Source: an uncultured Chlamydiae bacterium
GTDB taxonomy: Bacteria; Chlamydiota; Chlamydiia; Chlamydiales; JAJFMB01
Direction: 5' to 3'
Length of the DNA: 64,000 nt
NCBI GenBank assembly: GCA_963696295.1
Contig: CAVOJR010000001.1
Location: 3,040,001 to 3,104,000, forward strand
The translations under genes were made by a program, and so were the position numbers. The notes beneath the pieces are model-generated. The model had not been told where the DNA came from. It ran no database searches and worked only from the letters and a program-made list of their open reading frames with translations. Positions 58,140-64,000 of the stretch are shown here, one piece after another; position 1 is the stretch's first letter, and the number at the start of each line of letters is the position of its first letter.

Positions 58140-59227
58140 TATTTAAGCTCCTTGATTGTTCTGACAAAAATGTGGTCGATCAGAAACAAATTTTTATTTG
58201 CTTCCGTGCACCCCCAAAGCCTGGCCTTGGCGATGTAATTGTCTTTTCTCGGATCTTGAGGAAGACCATCATCTTGCCCATCGGGGAATTGCCGATGTTG
58301 AGCCGTATTAGCCAGGATCACCTCATAAATATTTGGAATCTGAAAGTGATTTCTGGTATGATTGGTGTGCTCCTGGTTAATGCTATGACCTGCGATGACC
58401 ACTACGGCCGTGTCGGGATCTTCTGATTCGAAGTTTTGCAGCGGCTCAAATCCATCCTTCGACAAGTTAGATTTATAGAGCTGCTTCCAAGTTCCGCACG
58501 ATTCGTCAGGGTTATTCCCAAGTTCTACTTCAACGAGGAGCTTTTTATCCCTCTTCAGCATATCCTTTAATAACGCCTCCATCCCGTAAAAGCAGGGGAC
58601 GCACATCTTGCCTTCCACGACTCTCACTAGATGCTGCTGATTTTCCATGCCGCTGAGTTGAAGGGCGTAGTCCGCTGAAAGCTGCGCCAGCTTTACCTGC
58701 GCGTTAGCGACAATCTTTTTGATTTGTCTGTTCGTGGGGGTTGATTCCGTTAGAGCCTGAAGATTTTCGGGCTTGGATATGTCTTTTTTAAAGAGATTCC
58801 CTTTATCGGAGACCACCTCCTCCTTTGATTTTGTGAGCAAGTAGGAGAGCACGATGAAGTGAACTTTTTCATCCACTTTTAAAATCTCCCCAAAATATTG
58901 TTTAAAGGGGGTTTTACCCTTTAATTTGCCTAAATCGGCGATCTTTTGCTGACTCTGATTATAGATGATCTTCACCTCCTTTTCCAGGCTGGCGAAGGAG
59001 CTTTTCTCCAACTCTTCGTAGAGATCTCCAATTTTAGAGGCTCTGAATTGGCACGATTCATCTTTGACAAGAGGATCGAACTCCTTCAGGTTCCCTTGGC
59101 AAAAAGCCGCCAGCGCTAACTGCGCGACTTTACAAATAAAAAGAATATTATTTCCGCAGGTCTTTAAATCTCCCTGATCTAAAGGACTATCGGTATCGAT
59201 AAACAAATGACACAATGATGTTATCAT
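58139..59227 (-). CDS. Hypothetical protein
   Basis: 362-aa ORF with GGAG SD; stop overlaps the permease ATG (TAATG). Confidence 0.65.
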   Translation of the reverse strand: MITSLCHLFIDTDSPLDQGDLKTCGNNILFICKVAQLALAAFCQGNLKEFDPLVKDESCQFRASKIGDLYEELEKSSFASLEKEVKIIYNQSQQKIADLGKLKGKTPFKQYFGEILKVDEKVHFIVLSYLLTKSKEEVVSDKGNLFKKDISKPENLQALTESTPTNRQIKKIVANAQVKLAQLSADYALQLSGMENQQHLVRVVEGKMCVPCFYGMEALLKDMLKRDKKLLVEVELGNNPDESCGTWKQLYKSNLSKDGFEPLQNFESEDPDTAVVVIAGHSINQEHTNHTRNHFQIPNIYEVILANTAQHRQFPDGQDDGLPQDPRKDNYIAKARLWGCTEANKNLFLIDHIFVRTIKELK

Positions 59228-59717
59228 ATGAAACTCCAATTTTTATGGTTACAACAGCAAAATTCCAATTAGGAGCCAAATAGACCAGGATCTTTGCGCA
59301 AAATTACGCAACAACGCCTATTTGACCCCAAAAAGGAGCTTTGCAAAAAAAAGTATTAAGCTAAATTTGAACTAACGGTAATAGCGCCGGAAACGGCGAT
59401 AGGAAGAAAGATAGAAAAATGCAGAAGAGATGAAAGTGGCAGGGACTATTTTAAGAGTCCCCAAAAGAGACATGACGGGGCACATAATGTTTACTCAAAA
59501 CTTGGATTTTTATTGTTAACGGAAAAATAGGGGGTGAAAAAAAAGTTGTCGCCTAACGGCGGTAAGAACGATAGAAGAAATATGACTTAGAACTGACTGA
59601 AGTGTATGTCATGATATTTCTCCTGTTTTACTGCATTTATAATCAATTCTCAGATTTTTTGCAATAGATTTGCCAAATAAATTGAATATAGGCATAATTT
59701 CTTCCGGAGAAATCGGC

Positions 59718-60122
59718 ATGGATAACAATCAAGAGAAATTCTCCCATTTAAGAAAGTGGGGCTTACCCGTCAGCGAATATGCCATCATCGGCAGCGGCCT
59801 TCTTGGCATCCGGAATTTAAGACCTATCGGCGATATCGATATTATAGTGACTGAGGCGCTTTGGCAGACCCTGGCCGAAAAATTCGGCGTCACGTCGCCG
59901 GATGGAATTGCGCGGATCGCTTTTCCGGATGGGGTAGTCGAGGCCTTTCCCGCAAGCTCCCCTTACAACTCGGAAATACCGGACCGGATCGCCAATGCCG
60001 AAATCATCGAAGGCCTCCCCTTTGATTCCTTTGAAACCGTTCTCTATTACAAACGTAAAATGGGAAGGGAGAAAGATTTAAAAGATATACACCTCTTAGA
60101 AAATTGGAGAGAAAGCTTATGA
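59718..60122 (+). CDS. Minimal Pol-beta-superfamily nucleotidyltransferase-like protein
   Basis: YAIIGSG.L..R..R...DIDIIV (GS...DxD); REKD..D. Confidence 0.6.
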   Translation: MDNNQEKFSHLRKWGLPVSEYAIIGSGLLGIRNLRPIGDIDIIVTEALWQTLAEKFGVTSPDGIARIAFPDGVVEAFPASSPYNSEIPDRIANAEIIEGLPFDSFETVLYYKRKMGREKDLKDIHLLENWRESL

Positions 60123-60784
60123 AAAAGAGATTATTTTCCCTTATCGTTACCACCCTGGCCGCTGCGCAGCTCATAGCGGTTCCTCAAGCCGTTGTTTTTG
60201 ACTTTGGCGGAGTGATGACCGGCGAGCCGAACCGGGAAGTTGTCGTCAACTTTATTCGCGCCACCTTTCACTTTTCTGAAAGCGAGTATGAAAAAGTCAA
60301 CCAGGAAAAAAGAAAGGCTGTGAAAGGGGGCGTCAGCGATGAGCAGTTTTGGATCGCCTATGCCAAAGAAAAAGGGATCAAACTCCCCCCTGATTTCTCG
60401 GAGAATTTCCAGTCAGCCCTCAAAGAGGCGATCGGGATCAATCACGAAATGTATCACCTGGTGGAGCAATTGAAGATGCAGCAAATCCCTGTGGCTATGC
60501 TCTCCAACATCGACTCCCGTTTGGCCGGCATGGTCAAAAGTTTTGGCCTTTATGAACCCTTTTATCCTTGCCTGCTCTCGTGCGAAATCGGCGTCGAGAA
60601 GCCCGATTTGAAAGCTTTTGAGATTTTGCTGGAGCGGCTTGGCCTGCCCGCGAGCGAAGTGGTGTACATTGACGATAACTCTGAGAACATCGAGGCGGCC
60701 AGAAAAACGGGACTCGACGCCATTTTGTTTGAATCGACGGGGCAGATCCGCAGTCAGCTGACCAGTCGCGGGGCGCTGGAATAA
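60119..60784 (+). CDS. HAD family phosphatase with predicted signal peptide
   Basis: FDFGGV, LSN, KPD, YIDD..NI; N-terminus MKKRLFSLIVTTLAAAQLIA. Confidence 0.9.
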   Translation: MKKRLFSLIVTTLAAAQLIAVPQAVVFDFGGVMTGEPNREVVVNFIRATFHFSESEYEKVNQEKRKAVKGGVSDEQFWIAYAKEKGIKLPPDFSENFQSALKEAIGINHEMYHLVEQLKMQQIPVAMLSNIDSRLAGMVKSFGLYEPFYPCLLSCEIGVEKPDLKAFEILLERLGLPASEVVYIDDNSENIEAARKTGLDAILFESTGQIRSQLTSRGALE

Positions 60785-60785
60785 T

Positions 60786-61250
60786 ATGCATGGTTTTATA
60801 AAACCTTTTGCTGTCTCCACCTATGTCATCCACAAGCAAAACTACCTGATGATACGCCGCTGCTGTGATTATCTCAAGGGAACCTGGCAAATGGTTACAG
60901 GCGGAATACACCAAGGGGAAAAAGCGTGGGAAGCCGCTTTGAGAGAGATCAAAGAGGAAACCGGACTGGTGCCGGATCGCTTCTACAATGCCGATATTGT
61001 CGAGACCTTTTATATGGTCTCTAGAGATCATGTCACCTTCGTGCCTGTGTTTGCGGCCTTCGTGGACGATCCCATTGAAGTGAAGCTCTGCCCCGCCGAG
61101 CATGACGCGCACGAGTGGGTTACCTATGAAAAATTCAAGGAAAACCTCGTCTGGTCGGAGCAGAGGCGCGCTTTGACCCACATCCATGAAAATTTCGTCT
61201 TAAAAGAGCCTTTAAGCCTCCACCTCATTGAGACCGATTATGTTAATTAG
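60786..61250 (+). CDS. NUDIX pyrophosphatase (NudB-like)
   Basis: WQMVTGGI..GE.AWEAALREIKEETGL, EH...W. Confidence 0.9.
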   Translation: MHGFIKPFAVSTYVIHKQNYLMIRRCCDYLKGTWQMVTGGIHQGEKAWEAALREIKEETGLVPDRFYNADIVETFYMVSRDHVTFVPVFAAFVDDPIEVKLCPAEHDAHEWVTYEKFKENLVWSEQRRALTHIHENFVLKEPLSLHLIETDYVN

Positions 61251-62115
61251 AAAAGCCGCCTTGGAGGACGCCCAGGCCATTGCGGAAGCGTCGCGGGAGA
61301 TTGCCAAAGAGCCGGGCTTTTTTTGCTCCGCTCCTGACGAGCTTCCTGATGAGAAATTCCGCCACACCCTCTCCACGTTGCAAGGGGTCTATCTGGTGGC
61401 CGAGCAGGAGGGGCGCCTGGTGGGCCACGCCTTCTTAATGCTGCTCGAACCCAAATCCGTCAGCCATGTGGCTCAATTGACGATTGCCGTGCATAAAGGC
61501 TTCCAGGAAAAAGGGGTCGGGACGAAGCTCTTAGAGAAGCTGATCGAATGGGCGAGGGAAAACAAAGTGGAAAAAATCGAGCTCAATGTGCGCGCCACGA
61601 ACGCCCGGGCCATTGCCCTCTACAAAAAGATGGGGTTTCATGAAGAGGGGCGTTTAAAAAAGCGGGTCAAAACAGGGGAGCGCTATATTGACGACCTCCT
61701 CATGGCCCTGCCGGTTCAAGGAGAGTGGCCGCTTCGCCAAGTCAGCCGCACAGGCGTGTACGGTTTAGCGCATGCGGGAGACAAAGTCCTTGTCGTTGTC
61801 CAGGAAAGGGGGCCCTACGCCGGCAAGTTCGACCTGCCGGGCGGCCGGATAGAGTTTGGAGAGAGTGTGGAGGAGGCGCTTCGCCGCGAGTTTCTCGAAG
61901 AGGTCGGCATGGAATTCGACCGGATGGCTCTCCTTGATAATTTCACGACTCAACTAGAGTTCCCCGGCTGGGCTTTTCACCAGATAGGTTTGATTTACGA
62001 GGTTTCAGGCTTGCGGCAAACTCAGCCTGCCGGGATGAAAAACCATTGGGTGGAAAAAAGCAGTTTGAGCCGTGACGCCGTCTCTCCCTTCCTTTGGAAA
62101 GCACTTACACGATAA
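61240..62115 (+). CDS. GNAT acetyltransferase fused to NUDIX hydrolase
   Basis: QEKGVGTKL, N.RAIALY.K.GF; LPGGRIEFGE..EEALRREFLEEVG. Confidence 0.88.
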   Translation: MLIRKAALEDAQAIAEASREIAKEPGFFCSAPDELPDEKFRHTLSTLQGVYLVAEQEGRLVGHAFLMLLEPKSVSHVAQLTIAVHKGFQEKGVGTKLLEKLIEWARENKVEKIELNVRATNARAIALYKKMGFHEEGRLKKRVKTGERYIDDLLMALPVQGEWPLRQVSRTGVYGLAHAGDKVLVVVQERGPYAGKFDLPGGRIEFGESVEEALRREFLEEVGMEFDRMALLDNFTTQLEFPGWAFHQIGLIYEVSGLRQTQPAGMKNHWVEKSSLSRDAVSPFLWKALTR

Positions 62116-63079
62116 TTTCTGCTTCCCAGCCGCTCTCTCCCACGGGACGAAAATGCACGAGCTCGCAGTTGCCGATGCGCCAGGGATGGTTCTCTATCTT
62201 TAAATGGTAGCAAAGCGCCCAATGGATTCCCCCATGCGCCACAATTAACGGGGGCCCCTCCGGCTCCAGCGCCGCCTGGACGCCGCGCATGGCGCGGGCT
62301 AAAAAGCCTTGCGATTCGGGACAAAGCAGGTACCCGCTCCCCTCTTCCAGCTTCACCATGTTCGTCCAGATCCTCGCCTGGCATTCGCTCAAATCAGCCA
62401 TCTCGAAGGAGGCAAGGCCGTTAACAAGTATCTCTTTCGTCTCTTTCGCGCGGCTGATGGGGCTGAAACAGACTGTCCGGATCGGCAGGCGCGAAAGAAG
62501 CTCCCGGCTCGCCTTAGCTTGCGATCTGCCGCGGGCATTCAGGGGAAGGTCGGCATCGGCGAGTTTGAGATCGGGGTTGATATTGCTGTCGGTCTCGCCA
62601 TGTCTGATAAAGTAAAAATCTTTTCTTTTTAAATGAGTCCTCTTTGAGAGAATCTGGAAATGGTGCAAAGTTTCGGCTCCCCCGGCGATCAGCGGCAGCT
62701 TGAGCGCCTCGCTGTAGGTGGAGTAGCAGTGGTCTGTATGCTCATCGGAAAGGGTTAGTGTTGGGGGCGCTGAAAATTCCTGATGAAACAGGTGGAAGAG
62801 GAAATCGATATGGGCGTTCCGCACATACAATTTCCCATGGCCGGCCAGGCGTCCCTCGTCCAGCCTAATGCCGGTCTCTTCATGGACTTCTCTAAAAACA
62901 GCCTGGCGCGGAGTTTCTCCTCTTTCCAGCTTTCCCGCCGGCAATCCCCAGGTGTTTCCCTGCGGGCTATGTAAAGAGCGCTTGAGTAATAAATATTTCC
63001 CTTCCCATTCGACGTAGCAGGCCGCCACTTCGACGCCGGGTTGGAAATTGGGGGGTTTTATCCTAAAAACTGAGGTCAT
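62105..63079 (-). CDS. NUDIX hydrolase fused to histidine phosphatase
   Basis: LPAGKLERGETPRQA.FREVHEETG; RHGET, L..RG..QA, SP..RAKET, AHGG. Confidence 0.88.
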   Translation of the reverse strand: MTSVFRIKPPNFQPGVEVAACYVEWEGKYLLLKRSLHSPQGNTWGLPAGKLERGETPRQAVFREVHEETGIRLDEGRLAGHGKLYVRNAHIDFLFHLFHQEFSAPPTLTLSDEHTDHCYSTYSEALKLPLIAGGAETLHHFQILSKRTHLKRKDFYFIRHGETDSNINPDLKLADADLPLNARGRSQAKASRELLSRLPIRTVCFSPISRAKETKEILVNGLASFEMADLSECQARIWTNMVKLEEGSGYLLCPESQGFLARAMRGVQAALEPEGPPLIVAHGGIHWALCYHLKIENHPWRIGNCELVHFRPVGESGWEAEIIV

Positions 63080-63171
63080 AATTAAATATTATACCTGAAA
63101 CCCTTGAAAAAGAAAAGAGCTTCAAGCAAAATAGGTATCTCACCAATCCCCTAATGTGGAGTTTGATTCTC

Positions 63172-64000
63172 ATGCGTCGATCAATATGCTATTCTGAACC
63201 CGCACGCGCTGTAGCCGGCGAAGTAAATACCTGGAAATTTACCTATACGCCAGCCAATAACCTGCCTAAAGGAGCGCGGCTCAAGTTCGATATTATGACT
63301 ACCGGACGCGACCTTGACTGGGAACTCCCCTCTATCAACCTGAAAGATACCGGAAATGTCATTTTCGCCAAAATGGATGGCAGCAAGCCGATCCAGGCCA
63401 AAGAGATCGAGTATGAAGACCGCTATACTCCCGATTACGAATTCATCCTCCCCGCCGAATTGGAGATGGGGCAGCCCTTCACCATTTATGTCGGCTCCCC
63501 AAAGCCCGAAAATCCAGCCACTTTGATAAAATGCGGCAATAAATCGCAGACGACGGCTCAGCGAAGACGCACGTTTCAACTGGCCATCGACCCCACCGGC
63601 AAGGGAAACTATTCTGAAGAGGAGCTGTTTACCCTCGATGTGCGCGGCGCCAATCTCGAGAGAATCCGGGTTTTAACCCCCTCTTTTGTGGTGAAAAACA
63701 AAAGATTCGATGTGGTTTTGCGGTTTGAAGACGCCTTCGGCAACCTGACCAGCAACGCCCCCGAAGACACGCTGATTGAGCTCTCCTATGAGCAACTGCG
63801 GGAAAATTTGAACTGGAAACTATTTATTCCGGAAACCGGGTTCATCATCTTGCCGAACCTTTATTTTAATGAACCCGGCTTTTACACAATCAGCCTGACC
63901 AACACAAAGTCGAAAAAATCGTATAAGTCCGCTCCGATCAAATGCTTCGCAGAAAATGAGAAATTGCTCTTCTGGGGATTGCTGCATGGAGAGTCTGAAA
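63172..64000 (+). CDS. Conserved chlamydial protein, CT425/DUF3604-like (partial, runs off right edge)
   Basis: Manual translation MRRSICYSEPARAVAGEVNTWKFTY...FWGLLHGESE; open to the window end. Confidence 0.75.
   Translation, partial: MRRSICYSEPARAVAGEVNTWKFTYTPANNLPKGARLKFDIMTTGRDLDWELPSINLKDTGNVIFAKMDGSKPIQAKEIEYEDRYTPDYEFILPAELEMGQPFTIYVGSPKPENPATLIKCGNKSQTTAQRRRTFQLAIDPTGKGNYSEEELFTLDVRGANLERIRVLTPSFVVKNKRFDVVLRFEDAFGNLTSNAPEDTLIELSYEQLRENLNWKLFIPETGFIILPNLYFNEPGFYTISLTNTKSKKSYKSAPIKCFAENEKLLFWGLLHGESE

Noticed and set aside
1..64000. tRNA, rRNA, prophage or integron features
   Set aside because: None recognised by eye; a tRNAscan-SE or Infernal run would be needed to exclude small RNAs.

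Overview
A 64-kb chromosomal window from an environmental member of Chlamydiota (inferred from the PVC-superphylum small basic protein with its CT421.1-like neighbour, then ybeY and a CBS/CorC gene, a CT425-like gene and an Hc2/HctB-like protein). Core genes (zwf-opcA-pgl, leuS, rnr, holC, rny, dctA) alternate with accessory enzymes and candidate effectors. Two apparently complete TnpB-encoding IS elements are present (IS607-type 13760-16042; IS200/IS605-type 49750-51381), and both empty target sites can be rebuilt from the sequence. The most striking unannotated signal is a family of short palindromic elements, some with TATACC...GGTATA ends. Two copies (135 and 111 bp net) sit in frame inside signal-peptide coding sequence, and removing them in silico restores textbook signal peptides. 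A related palindrome was the target of the IS607 element. Other highlights are a repeat protein with two Myb/SANT-like domains, a YjjX-like NTPase fused to a six-hairpin glycosidase, a PRPP synthetase with a signal peptide, a cluster of NUDIX/HAD/GNAT/NTase genes, and three local duplications of gene ends. All calls come from reading motifs by eye; no searches were run.
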